From the NCBI GenBank assembly GCA_048213135.1, contig PS015026.1:300526-340035 (forward strand): a stretch of DNA of 39,510 bases, written 5' to 3'. Source of the DNA: Reclinomonas americana ATCC 50394. Its lineage: Eukaryota. Of the stretch, positions 1 to 23,955 are shown piece after piece; position 1 is the first letter of the stretch, and each line of letters starts with the position of its first letter. The notes under the pieces are model-generated. The model saw only the letters and a list, made by a program, of their open reading frames with translations. It searched no databases and was not told where the DNA came from. The translations under genes were made by a program, and so were the position numbers.

Positions 1-66
1 GTGCGCACACAGATGGATCGTTGTGTGTGGTTGTGGTTGCTCACGTATGTGTGTCTGTGTGTGTAG

Positions 67-916
67 GGTGGCCGAGAACTTCTTCCCAGAGCTGGAGTGC
101 CCGGGAGTGTGCAAAGAGTTGCGCGCCCCGGCTCCTCCCCATTCTGCTTTTATTGCACCACTCCATTTTATTGACTTGTTTTTTCTTCTTTCTCTCTTTT
201 TTTGCGATCGCCGTCGCAGAGCTTGCCTCGAACGGTCGCTGAACGACGGGAGGACAGTACGCATGCGTCTCTTCGACACGAGCCCGGCTCCCGAGTATGA
301 GAAACTTCGCGAGGCAGTGTGGATTCCCAACGCCTCTGTATTTTTGGTTCTGTTTTCGCTGGTACGGTCGTACCAAGTATCGAGGGACTCTCTCAAGCCA
401 CTGGTACGCACCACCTCGTACTTGCGCGCGCACACGCACACACGTCGCTCGCGAGAAAGAAAGAAAACCAACACATGCGCGTTTGCATGCTTGCAGATCA
501 ACGACATCAAGACGAGGGCACCCGGCGTTCCAATACTACTGGTGGGCACCAAGCACGACCTGCGCTCCCGGGAGAACGAGTTGGCTGGCGCCTGTGTGTA
601 CGGCGAGATGCTCGAGGAGGAGACGGTGGCGGTGACCAGGGAAGAGGTGCGGCGGCATTCCTTCCATTTGCACGATTCTCCGTCTCTTCTTCTTCTCACT
701 CCTTTTTCACATTCGCAGGGTGCGGATCTGGCGCGAGAGATTGGAGCCATGGCGTACGCTGAATGCTCCGCCATGACGGGCGAGGGTGTTGTCGACGTCT
801 TCAATGTCGCCACCCTGGCCGTACTGAAGGCTCGCAACAAGAGAGCCGGAACCAGCGTCCTCTTGCAGGGCACCCGACCTGAGAAAAAGACCCGACGCTG
901 CTGCGTCGTACTGTAA
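67..916 (+). CDS. Rho/Rac-family small GTPase, atypical; 5' partial (P-loop exon upstream of window). Inferred exons 67-117, 220-403, 497-646, 719-916
   Basis: Spliced translation has Rho-type motifs: RLFDT..PEYEKLR, VFLVLFSL, PILLVGTKHDLR (G4), a Rho insert, GADLAREIGAMAYAECSA (G5), and basic tail KKTRRCCVVL (CAAX). GT-AG introns keep the frame. Confidence 0.9.
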
Positions 917-1000
917 CGCTGTCGCTTGTTAGGTAGTTGGCCAAGCGACGCGCGGCATATTTTGTTCAAATGTCCACACATATAAATCGAGAAAGTGCGT

Positions 1001-4000
1001 TCACTCCATGTGATCAAACACATATTCGCGTGCCCGCCGCAACACACCCATGAATGCCTCCTGCCGCTCCACCCGCCGTCTCAGCGCGCGACACGCCTTG
1101 CCGGCCACCAGCCGCCAAGTACTCTGCTGTTCGGCAAAGCGTCGCTGCGAACGAGACAAAACGTGTAACGGTCAGAAATACAATTTGTTTGTCACCGGCA
1201 CACCTCTGTCTTCGTACCTCCAACACGGCCAGCGACAGAGCAGTGTACCACAGTTGAGGAGCCGGCAACTGCAGTGGTTGACCGACTTGGTCAATCTATG
1301 CGCGAATCACATACAAACGGCGGCATGATTGGTTAGAGAACAAACTCGGAATGTATGAGACAGGCAAGAAAATGCGGCTGCGAACCGCGTCCACCGAGGG
1401 AGTGCCGCGGAACAGGGCCAGCACGCTGGACAAGTCGCGCCACAGTCCGTCAGCTTGCTGAGCGTAGAGTACGCGGTCCAGGGGCGACATGTCCACCATT
1501 GCCGCTGCGGCCGAGGCGCTCGGTGAGGCGACTGCTGACGGGGAGTCGACCAGTGAGCTGGGCGAGAGCAGTCCACTGTCGTCGCTTGCACTCGCTCCCT
1601 TGGGCGCAGCAGCAGGGCTGGCTGCGACGCGAGCGGATCCGCGACGCGCGCTTCCTCGACGAGGCGCACGACCGGCACTGCCCTCGGCGCGCTCAATCTG
1701 CTTGGCACGATTGGTGGCCTTGGAGGATGGCAGCTTGTCGGCATACAACATCGACTTGAGAGCCACGGGCTGTGAATCACCGCCCCCGGCGGCCTCCACC
1801 AGCACCAACGACGTATAATTGGACGGCATGCCGAACGGAACAGCCCACGACAGCACCTCCTGCCGCGAGGCCGCCAGTTGCTCCAGATCGGCCACTCGTT
1901 GACGAGCCGCCAACATGTGCACGTGCGTGCCCTGTTGTGCGCGCGAGACGTCCATCACATATTCAGCCGTGCGTCGACCCAGTGCTGCGCGGCATGAACC
2001 AGATGAGATTGAAAAAGAACGGCAATGAAGACAGGAAAGCAACGCAACTGGTCGAATGGTACTGCACGGTGACAGTGACGGGTTCGGGGTGCTCGGAACA
2101 GGTGGCGTACAACAGAGTGGTGGAGCCGGCAAAGAGCGGTGGTACGGCTGTAAACAGAGGCTGAATGCGTCGCGACGAGAACGTCACGTGCACGTCGGTG
2201 AGACTCGGCACCTGGGCGGCTATTACAGATGGTGGTGGGTGGTGAGCATCACAGTTTTCACGTGCGACGGCATTCTTGTCTGCAATCGAACCTGCCAGCT
2301 GGAAGAGCACCACGTCGGTGAGGACATCAACGCTGCCGGCAATCTCGACAAACTTGTGCATGCCACGACCGAGACGCGCCTGTGGTGCGATATGCACGTC
2401 AAATCAACGACGATCGTGATGGGCAGGAAAGGCCCCGACACCGACACGTACCAGTTCAACCACCAAGTGTGTGTCGACGGCATCTCCGATACCAATGGTG
2501 AAGAGGCGAGTGGAGGGTTGCAGCCGACGAACTGGTCACACACAAAACGTCAATATTACGCAAACACGCACACTACTGCGAGGGAAACGACGCACCGATA
2601 TCGAAGCACTCCTCCTTGTTCTTGACACGCCCATCGGTAAGCAAGAACACTTGGCGGGTGACACCCATCGGCACAGGCAGCTGCGCATTGTGGCCCACGC
2701 AAAATCAGCCAGGAAGAGTACAGCAAGCACGGCAAATAACCGCAACATTCTCAATGTCCTCCAACACTGGCGCAAGGCGTGTGCCGCCCATGTCAGCATC
2801 CATGGCACCGATAAAGGCGCGCGCCTCGGCGTTGACCGCATCCGAGTTGGCTCGTGGCGCCATCCACAACTGCTGGTGAGCGCTGCCAAACCTACACTAG
2901 AGCGTGAGTGAGAGCAGACAGACAGATTTCCAACAGCAGCGCTCACGCCAGCACACAACTTGATAATGTTGAAGGGCACGTCGAGTGCAAGACTTTGAAT
3001 GAAGAGCATGCAGGCACGCTTCGACTGCTCCATGCGTAGTCCCTCCATGGATGTCGAGCAGTCGACGACAAAGACCAGCTCAGTGTTGGGTGTCGACGGA
3101 AGCAGTTCCGGTGGCGGCACTGCGCGAACACATTGGTGAGTACGTCTGCAAGCGGCTTGGATGAATGTCACGGTGTTGCGCACCGAGGGCGAGGCAAATC
3201 GCAAACGACATGGGATCGTTGCGCGAGACACTCGGGTGCTTCTCCACCAATACTGCTGGGAACGGCCAGGGTCGCAAGAACACGTTGACTACGAGGTAGT
3301 CGGCTTGCAGCGGGTCGCTCACTGCCACCACATCCGCCTGCCAGCAGCAACGAACCGCAAGCATGAGAGATTCAGCTTGCACAAGCCCCCTTTTCCCCCA
3401 CTGCAGCACCCACGCACCGTGTTGCCATTGAGGGTCACTTGCAGCGGATGAGTCGGCGACTGCACGTCGGCAATTGGCGCCGTCATGGAGCACGCAATGT
3501 CGAGAATGGGAGTTCCAGCAGCCCGGCTGTACAGCGAGCGCGCGTGACGGTGAGCAGGCAACCCAAGCACTCACAGACAAGCGCAAGAAACGCAACATGA
3601 CACTCGGCGGCAGCACGTTCAGCGGCAGCGCGAGACGCACACTTCGAGACGATGGATCGTAGGTGGCATTGAGATAGCACGTGTAGCGAATGACGACCTG
3701 CACCGTACCGAGTGAGTGACATCCACACCAACAGAACTGCCTTCTTCTTCTTCCCCAGATGGCCACACACCTCGCTCTCGGACGGAATGCGACCCAAATC
3801 AAACACCAGCAACTCCTGATCCATCGTGGCCACCAGCGCCGCTCTCTCATCCAGCTGGTCCTCTTGGTCGAACTCGGCAAAAGCCTGTGGCTTTCGCTGG
3901 ATGGCGCTCTGCAGGGTGGGAAAAGTCAAGCAGTTCAGCACACACCAAGCATACAAGCAAATACACAACGATAACAACACCAACAACAACGACGACGCAA

Positions 4001-4912
4001 CCGTCAGCTCGCGACCATCAACTTGCGCGACAAATTCACCAAACACGCTCGTGTGGTCCAGCAGCGGCAGCACGTACTGGAATGGACCCGCCGAGGAGGC
4101 GCGATTCACAAAGCGCTGCATCACGGTGACCGACGCGCAAAAATCGTGCAACTCGGCCGACACTTCGGCATCTGCGCACACCAAGAATCATGAGTTGGCC
4201 AGTTTCGCATACAACTACCAGCGGAAGTGGTGGCGGCTCTCACCAACAAGCTCCACGGCCAGCACCGGCTCGAGAGGATACTGTCGCGAGCAGTCACGGA
4301 TGCGGAAATGGTAGGGGATCGGTCGGGGCAGTGGAGGAACCGAAGGCACATGATGCGCCAGCACCACGTCAGTGGACGATGCCGTCGCGGCGTCTTCCGC
4401 CTCTTGCGACTCCTCGTTCCAGTCAAAATAGTCGACGGGTGCGTCAATGAACTCTTTGCGCGGATCCACGGGTTCCGCAAACACGTCCACCGAGGCGACG
4501 GAGCGGTGCCGCTGCGGCTGACGGCGATCTTGCACGCCCTCCAGTTGCAGCGTGCGGTTCCGACCAAAGAAGAAGTTGCGCTTCTTCCGTGTGGTGCGGA
4601 GCGGGGCTTCGATCTGCAACGTCGCAACAGGTTAGAACGGTGGGAACCTTTGAGCACGTGGGACTGACATCCATGCGGAGGTGCGCAACGGTTTCACCCT
4701 CGCCATCGTCGCCGTAGCCAGTGCTCTGCAAGCCATCGAGTGAGCTGCTGCAGACCATCGACTGCAACAAGATCAACACAACGCAACAATCGCTCGCTCC
4801 TCAACCGCAGGCTCGTCGGCGGCCGCCTTTTGCACGTAGAAAATGAAGGTCAGTGCATGGGCATACTTGCAAAAAAAAAAGACCTGTGTGGCGGCCAGAC
4901 CTGGGAGTGCAT
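1001..4912 (-). CDS. VWA5A/BCSC-1-like protein (VIT + vWA + helical C-terminal region), multi-exon; start uncertain (ATG 4912 is one candidate)
   Basis: VIT-like AELHDFCASVTVMQRFVN...QYVLPL...GEFVAQVDGRELT; vWA ELVFVVDCSTSMEG (DxSxS MIDAS), DADMGGT, VFLLTDG, RLFTIGIG; C-terminal SNYTSLVLV, QQADGLW, WYTALSLAVL, TWRLVAGKA; stop TGA at 1003-1001. Confidence 0.85.
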
Positions 4913-5098
4913 TCCTTGAACGGCCTCGCCCGGTGCCTGCACCGCGCAAGCAATAGCGTCGAGCGAGGCAGCAAAACCGACATGAAAAAACACAACAAAC
5001 AATACGCAGTAATGCAGGCAATGTGAAAGGCGCAGAACACGACTTGTGTAAGCAAAAACATGTCTTTTTCTTGTTTCATTTCACACAGCACATTTCCT

Positions 5099-16225
<11,127 letters not shown>

Positions 16226-16307
16226 TGCAGTAGCACAAACACATGTCACAGCAGCACAGCAGCGGATGCGGCTTGCAGCTGGCAAAAGAGACGCAAGAGA
16301 GAGAAAG

Positions 16308-16340
16308 AGTGAGTGAGTGAGTGAGTGAGTGAGTGAGTGA

Positions 16341-16387
<47 letters not shown>
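16308..16387. repeat. Compound (GAGT)n-(GT)n microsatellite
   Basis: Directly visible. Confidence 0.95.
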
Positions 16388-16388
<1 letters not shown>

Positions 16389-16749
16389 AGGAAGAGCAAG
16401 AGCGTGAGGAAATGTCCACGCGCAGAGCACAACGAGACAAGTGAAGCTCCTTTTCTTCACGCTGCGCTCGTGCCACAGCCCTCTCTCAGACACACACACA
16501 GACAGAGGACCAGGGAGAGAGACACGAACTGTGTGACATGCATGTCATTGAGCACTTACCAGCAGTTGCACACACAACATGACCACGTCACGCAATCGCA
16601 GCACTGTTCAATGACACAAGCAAGTAAGTAAGCACATATGTGCACAACAGGTGAGAGAGGATGAAGAAGCAGGAGAAGAGCAAAGACGAATACGCAATCA
16701 CACATCTTTGACAAGTGATGCAACACAATCACACACCACGAAGCATGCA

Positions 16750-16787
<38 letters not shown>

Positions 16788-16790
16788 CTC

Positions 16791-17447
16791 NNNNNNNNNN
16801 NNNNNNNNNNNNNNNNNNNNNNNNNNNNNNNNNNNNNNNNNNNNNNNNNNNNNNNNNNNNNNNNNNNNNNNNNNNNNNNNNNNNNNNNNNNNNNNNNNNN
16901 NNNNNNNNNNNNNNNNNNNNNNNNNNNNNNNNNNNNNNNNNNNNNNNNNNNNNNNNNNNNNNNNNNNNNNNNNNNNNNNNNNNNNNNNNNNNNNNNNNNN
17001 NNNNNNNNNNNNNNNNNNNNNNNNNNNNNNNNNNNNNNNNNNNNNNNNNNNNNNNNNNNNNNNNNNNNNNNNNNNNNNNNNNNNNNNNNNNNNNNNNNNN
17101 NNNNNNNNNNNNNNNNNNNNNNNNNNNNNNNNNNNNNNNNNNNNNNNNNNNNNNNNNNNNNNNNNNNNNNNNNNNNNNNNNNNNNNNNNNNNNNNNNNNN
17201 NNNNNNNNNNNNNNNNNNNNNNNNNNNNNNNNNNNNNNNNNNNNNNNNNNNNNNNNNNNNNNNNNNNNNNNNNNNNNNNNNNNNNNNNNNNNNNNNNNNN
17301 NNNNNNNNNNNNNNNNNNNNNNNNNNNNNNNNNNNNNNNNNNNNNNNNNNNNNNNNNNNNNNNNNNNNNNNNNNNNNNNNNNNNNNNNNNNNNNNNNNNN
17401 NNNNNNNNNNNNNNNNNNNNNNNNNNNNNNNNNNNNNNNNNNNNNNN
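16791..17447. other. Assembly gap flanked by (CT)n tracts
   Basis: Run of N; catgcatctctc... occurs on both sides. Confidence 1.
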
Positions 17448-17526
17448 TTTCTTACGTAAACGTAAGAAGTTAGCTAACAACCAACTAACTACCAAACAAC
17501 CCAACCCGAAACGAACGAACTAGTCA

Positions 17527-17530
<4 letters not shown>

Positions 17531-17575
<45 letters not shown>

Positions 17576-17610
17576 TACACACACACACACACACTCTCTC
17601 TCTCTCTCTC
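17531..17610. repeat. (CT)n/(CA)n compound microsatellite
   Basis: Directly visible. Confidence 0.95.
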
Positions 17611-17793
17611 TTCCTCTCACTTCAACGCAACAGTGCAACACTTCTTCGCCGGTGTTCCGCAGCACTCGTCCTCGTTGCTCATAACTGCACAATCAAACAC
17701 ACTCTCACGTTATCTCTCTCTCTCCCTCACACACACACACACAGCAGAGACCACTCCACTCACAACACAACACACAAAAAGTCGATTGTCCGC

Positions 17794-20700
17794 ATGTCAA
17801 TGACGTCACCTTCCCGCGCGAGTTGGGGTTTCCCAGCACACTTGAAGTTGTCCATGAAGCGCGAACGGGTGTGTCTTTCGTGCGTGCACATTCGCATCTC
17901 TTTGCATGCATGCATCTCACTGCTGCACAGGAGTCATCGGAAGACGATGTAATAGAGCCGGAGCTGAAACGGCAGCATGTGCGTCTGTCTCTCTCTCTGT
18001 CACTCTCTGCATGTCTCTCACTCCTCTTGTCCACAGGCTCTGCCCTCTCTGGCTCACGACTCTTCTGACTCTGATTTGCCTCTTGTGGAGGAGCTGGACC
18101 AGGAAGGAATGGACCAGGCCCTGCGAGATGTGCGTGCGTGTGCGCGCGTGTGGACAGCTCCTCCGCTCTCATGCACTCGCACACAGGCACTGGTCCCCCC
18201 TTCACCGCCGCATCTTGACAGAGAGTCGCCTGTGCTGGTCAGGCGTTGTTCTTTCCTGCCAATATGTGAGATCACACGCTGATGCATTGGGCAATGCAGG
18301 TGGCGACGGAGGATGCGGAGATTGTTGATGACTGTGATAAGCGGCAGGCGGACGATGCGCCCGCGGCGGAGGATGTGCAAATTGTGATGGATTCGCAGCC
18401 GCATGAGGTGCGTGTGTGTGTGCGCGTGTGAACGTGAATGATTGCTCATCACCTCCGTGGTGCAGCTGCCCTCGCTGAGCGAGGAATCGACAGACTTGGC
18501 GTTGCCGCATGTGGAGGATGACTATGACGAGCTGATGGCTGATGTTCCACTGCCGGATGAGGTCCGCTGCGATGCTACCGCACAATCATTGTGTTTAGCA
18601 TTGCTCATCACCATTTTGTCGCAGGATCCTCGTCGTGTGGACGACAGAGCGTCGCCTCAGGTATTGTTGCCATACACACAGTTCAGTTCTCGTGCAGTGT
18701 TCACATGTGCTAATGCTGCGCAGGGCGAGGAGTCGGACGGAGCTGTCGATGATGACAAGTGCAGAGTTGACGATGAAGTGGACGAATTGTTGTTTGGTTC
18801 GCGTAATCTTGAGGTACTGGTGTCGGTGTCGGTGTGCGTGTGTGAATGTGTTTACCCGGTTGCCGCCACTGCGACTCACTTTTGTCACGCAGGCTTCCAA
18901 GCCAACTGTCGAGGAGGTGGCCGCCGCAGGGGAGCTTCCAGCCATCAGCCTCAGCCAGGAAAGCGTGAAGCAGGTGATTTTTGGCAGCGTGCGCTCACCC
19001 AGTCGCTGTCATCAGCCGACTCACATGTCTCACACGCACAGGACCCGGAGGTGACTGTCGAAGACAAGAGAGAGGATCTGGAGATGCTCCGGTTCAGCCA
19101 GGACAGCGATGAAGGAGTTTTGCGAGTCAACCATCTGACTAAGCAGAAACCGGCCACTGTGGATTTGACGAAGCCGCCGACAGCCGCCGCTACAACTGCC
19201 GTTCAACGCCGCAAGAAGGTGGCTGGCATTAGCGCCATGTTGGAAGACATGGTTGCGATTTCCGAAGGCACTCGCACGTCGCCCAGATCGAAGCCTGTTC
19301 TCGCTTCGCCTCTGGGCAGTGGCGGCAAGAAGGCCAGTCGCAGCACGGAGGTGCACACGCTGGTGGACGAAGCGAAGACTGACGACGACAAGGGCAGCTC
19401 GAGTGGCGAAGACGACGCACCCATTTTCCGACCACGTGCTGCTGCTGCTGCCGCTCCTACCGCTGCTGCCGCTGCTGTGGCTGTCAAGGGGACGACGACG
19501 ACTCCTGCCGTTACCCTCACCTCCACCCCCACTCGTACCGCGAATGTCCGCTCGCGCGCACGGTCCAGTGACGTACTACTGGCCGTTCTTGACGACGCGA
19601 AAACTGACGATGACGATGACGAAGACGTGCCGATCTTTGGCTCGCCGAGCCGGAAACCTGCACCTCCATCGCGACAAAGTGGAGTGTCTGCATCGGCTGC
19701 AGACGGCGACGAAGCGGTTGTCGTCGTCGAGCCGCGGACGACTCGATCTCGGGTGACGGTGGACGCGAAACCTTCGTCGCGACAAAGTGGAGTGTCTGCA
19801 CCGGTGGACGCGGATGATGCCGTTGTCGTCGTGGAGCCGCGGACGACTCGATCCCGGGTGACGGACACCAGTTCCACGCCGACCAAGTCGCAGCCGTCAC
19901 GGAAGCGAGAGCGGCCGGTAGAAGACAGCGACGACAGCGATCTGGGGACGAAGCGGACGGCGACGAAGAAGCGGGCGGGCAGTGGAAGCAAGAAAACGAT
20001 TGCTGACGACGACGAGACGGATGCTAGCAGCAGCGACGAGGAGCCGCTGTCGAAATTGGGCAAGAAATCGCGGACACCAGTCAAGTCGTCCTCGAGCGCG
20101 GCGAAAGGCAAAAAGGCCAAGGCTGCCGCGAAGGTGTCTCCTGGACAGCGGACGCTTTCGTTTACAACATCAACGGCGACGCCCACGCTGAAAACGTCCC
20201 CGCCACCGCCACCACCACCACCGGCAGCGCCGTCGTCGGTGCTGCCAGCTGCCAAAGGCTCTCGAAACAAGCCGTCGTCCGCGACCGCAACAACGACAAC
20301 CACCGATACCGTCACACCAGCAGCTTCCGCACTGCCGACGCCCAAGTCTCGCGGAAAGGCGTCGACGGCGTCGTCGTCGTCCACGACCACAACTACAACA
20401 ACGCCGGCCACTACCACCGTCACACCAGCAGCAACGGCGTCTTCCGCGCTGCCGATGCCCAAGTCTCGAGGAAAGGCGTCGGCGTCGTCGTCGACAACAA
20501 CAACAATAGCATCAACAACAACGGTCACCACCACGACATCGACCGATTCGCCGCTGCCTCAACTAAAGGTGAAGGCGACAGCACCGGTACCGCCGTTGCC
20601 GTTGTCGGCACGCACGACCAAGGCCGCAGGTGGTGGAAAACGTGCCAAGGCGACCAACAAGTTCAGCCAGGCGCTGTCGTTGGTACGTCGCAGTATTTGT

Positions 20701-22186
20701 ATGTGCGTGTGTCCACGGTTGTCTCCTGAACTGGGTGTGTCGCAAAGGAACGGAAGCGGGAGGCTGAGGGAAAGGAGGAGAAAGGGAAGAAAGCAGGAAA
20801 GCGTGCCTCCCGGCGCAAAGCCGGTGACAGCGATGATGCAGAAGACGAGGATGAGGATGAGGATGACGATTTTCAGAGCAAGTCGGCCGACAAGAAGGAG
20901 CCGAAAGAGGTCGAGGTCGGTGCCGACAAAGTAGAAGTGGAGAAGGAGAAAGAGAGTTACGTCTGTGCCAAACAGTGTGTGTGGCCCGACAGACAGACAG
21001 ACTAACATGTGTTTTCGTTGATCATCAATAGCGTTGGAAGACAAATTCGATCGCCACCAACATGATATTGTCAAGAAGTGCAATCTACCGTCCTTGTCTG
21101 CGCTTGGTCCTACGTCCAGTTGCGTTATTCCGAACTGTCTTGTTCGTTTTTTTGTGACTGCATGTGCTTTATCTCCTTTGCGCTTCGCCCCTTTCCGTTC
21201 GCAATCATGCTGTTCTCATTCCACATCTCTCATTTCCCTTCGCTCAACCCCTTCCATGTTCTCGCTCTTTGTGTTCTCTTTCTTCCTCGTCTCCCTCTCT
21301 GCTCCACCCTTCTCCGTTCGTGATCGTGCTGTTCTCCCTGCGCATCTCTCTCCTTCATCCCTTCCCCGTTCATTCGTATTCCTCGTGTCTCTCACCCTCC
21401 CTCTCTTCTCTCTTCTGCCTTTCGGCACGTGCAGGTGGTATTGAAATTAGTCGCGCAATGGCGCTGTGCTTGCGTGAGCTTGCCAATGTGCGCGTCCTGG
21501 TTCAGGAAATTGTCGACAAAGCAACGGTGCGCCGCGACGGCTGCCTAACTCTGGTGGAGAGTGCACATCTTGTTGGCGTCTACCAGGTCCTCTTCAAATT
21601 GCAGGTGTGGTTGTTACTTTCTCTGTCGCTCCTGGTGCTGCACACTGCCGCTGATGTGGAATGTGTGATTGTGCAGGAGAGCGTCGCCATGGTGGTGGCC
21701 GAGCGCGTTCAGCAGAATGCGCAGTGGCTGTCCGAGGCTCCGCTGCAGGCTGACGAATTGGAGGACGTATTGCGAGAGACACTCAGCATCCCCAGCGTGT
21801 TTACGCGCCTCTTGCTGGCCAGCATGCCGATTCAACCCAACGAATGCCTGCTGGCCAAGCAACGATGGAAGGTGGCTCAAGACTCTGTGAAGAAGCGGAA
21901 AGAAGAGGTGAGTGGCGAGTGCGCGTTTGCAGTGCATAGTTCTCTTTGTGCCGGTGCCGACAGCGCGATTGCTCCTCTCCCGCAGATGCACTCGCAACCA
22001 GTGTCGTCGGTGTTGTACCTTGCCAGCTCGGTGCTGCTGTCGGGTTCGGTGGTTGTTGGCGTGCAAGAGGCGCTGGCCGAGAGGCGAGTTACCTTTGATG
22101 CCGATGCGGCAATGGAGGCCAGTGGAACGCAAGCGGCATCCAGCGAAGCCGAAGGGTGCACTGGCGGCACTCAAGAGGCCACTTAA
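17794..22186 (+). CDS. Large, mostly disordered hypothetical protein (acidic N-terminus, S/T/K/P-rich middle, predicted helical C-terminal domain), multi-exon; ATG 17794 or 17854
   Basis: A chain of short GT-AG-bounded exons (MKRER|ESSEDDVIEPELKRQH|...), one long exon at about 19042-20682, and terminal exons ending at TAA 22186. Basic clusters RKRERP and KKRAG. No family recognised. Confidence 0.7.
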
Positions 22187-22251
22187 CACACCGAATAATC
22201 ATGAAAGAGGTCGAGTTCTGGGTGTTTTTATACATGTTACAGAATTGTGTC

Positions 22252-23812
22252 TCATACGCGCGAGTCGGCGTCCATATCAAAATCTACCGTGGTGCTTCCC
22301 TGCGTACTCGGCGAGGGCGTCGGTAAAGGTGGTGGCGTGGGGCGTGGCATGAGTGGCAGCGGTTCACTTGGCCCCTGGTGCCTCGCCTCGCGATCGCCCG
22401 CTTCCGGAGCGAAGTGGGCGCGCAGCCTCGGCAGACCCGCGACCGCCGGCCGTTGCCGAACCGAGTGGGCACGCTCAAGTGCAGGCACCGAATCAGTGAC
22501 GGCGATACTGGGCGCGGAATTCGACGACACGAGCTGACTCGCTGGAGGCGCAGTCGGCGATGTCGGTGACGTTGGCGAGCCCGGAGCTGTCATCATTGGT
22601 GCTTGCATTTCATCACTCGGCATGGCGTGCTTGATGTGCATGGGTGCCAGCACTCCGGCGGCCAATGATCGGCGCGGAAGCCGCACGGATGTGCGCTGCC
22701 GTTGTGCCTCCTCCACATACGAGCGAAATGCCTCCAAGTCGTGCAGGTCGAGGTCTGCGTCGGGCAGTGGCGAGTGTGAGCATGCGAGCGGGAGTGCACT
22801 GCGTGTACGGTGGGCNNNNNNNNNNNNNNNNNNNNCCGCAGGTGTGGAACGCGCCAGGCCGCCAGCAAATACATGAGAGCCACGGATCCACGGGTGGCAA
22901 GAAAGCTCTCGGCAAAGCCCGAACCCAGACCAAAGTCCGAGTCGGCACTGTGTACGCACTGGTGAGAGAGCACACGAACAATCACCGCTCAACGTGGAAA
23001 CAAAAAAACGCAACAAAATGGCCATGCCGACCATACCGCACGACTGCACGAAAAAGTACACCTGCACGCACGCACACGCACGGCCGTAAGCGTCATCGAC
23101 GGTGACATACACGTTTCTCACACATGCCTTGTGCAGAGCATCGCTTCCATGAATGCGATTCGTGTACACACTCAGCGACGTCCAGCTCCACCACAGCGCC
23201 GTAAACTGCAACAGAAAGCTGAAGAACCCATGCGTCGACACATCATGCTAAACATATGCAATGGATGAGCAGTTGCACAGAAATGAGCAAGAGTGCATGT
23301 GCCGACCTTCAGAATGGCCGCTGCATCGATGCACAGCGTCGGATCAGCGCACGAGGCGGCACAAACACCTATACATCAAGCAGCTTACCTTGTTTGATGA
23401 CCACAGCCACCTGCATGAAGAAGAAGAAAAATCGTGTTTATTGATCGGAATGCACAGTTGCATGCATGCAAGGTACCAACCATGATCAGATCAACAAAGA
23501 GCTCCAGCCATGAGACCTTGCGATGCGCCTCCACGTCCACGAGCTCCGGCTGCATAGAGAGAGATAGAGAGAGGAAGGGAGTGAAGGGAGTGAGTGGTGA
23601 GGAAGTGTGTGTGTGAGTGAGTGAGTGAGTGAGTGAGTGAGAGAGAGAATGTGTGTGTGTGCGCGTATGTGTGTGTGTGACTCAGTGAGTGATGCAATGA
23701 GCATGGGAGCGAGTGAGAATGCAATGCACTGAGTGCGTAAGTGAGTGGTTGAGTGGTTGAGTGTGTGTGCAGGGAGAGCACGCACCACTCGGAACAACGA
23801 TAGCCGCTCCAT
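22252..23812 (-). CDS. LtrA (low temperature requirement A)-family multi-pass membrane protein, interrupted by a 20-N gap
   Basis: Spliced MERLSLFRV|PELVDVEAHRKVSWLELFVDLIM and FTALWWSWTSLSVYTNR are LtrA N-terminal signatures (WLELFxDL; WWxW...xNR), followed by further hydrophobic helices and a Pro-rich cytosolic tail. Confidence 0.8.
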
Positions 23813-23909
23813 GCGCCTCTCTACCTCCCAATCAATACATGCGAGCAGTGACNNNNNNNNNNNNNNNNNNNNCTACCGCCCTTCGGTCCGGTACCACGCA
23901 GCTCCTTCG

Positions 23910-23910
<1 letters not shown>

Positions 23911-23955
<45 letters not shown>

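Noticed and set aside
17448-17525. Palindromes ttcttacgt-aa-acgtaagaa and gttagctaac at a contig start
   Set aside because: The stretch looks like a noisy read-end copy of ~16700-16755 (both run into catgcatctctc), so it is probably a sequencing artefact.
19203-20534. 443-aa antisense ORF and the many other shadow ORFs
   Set aside because: Expected opposite GC-rich coding exons; no recognisable motifs.
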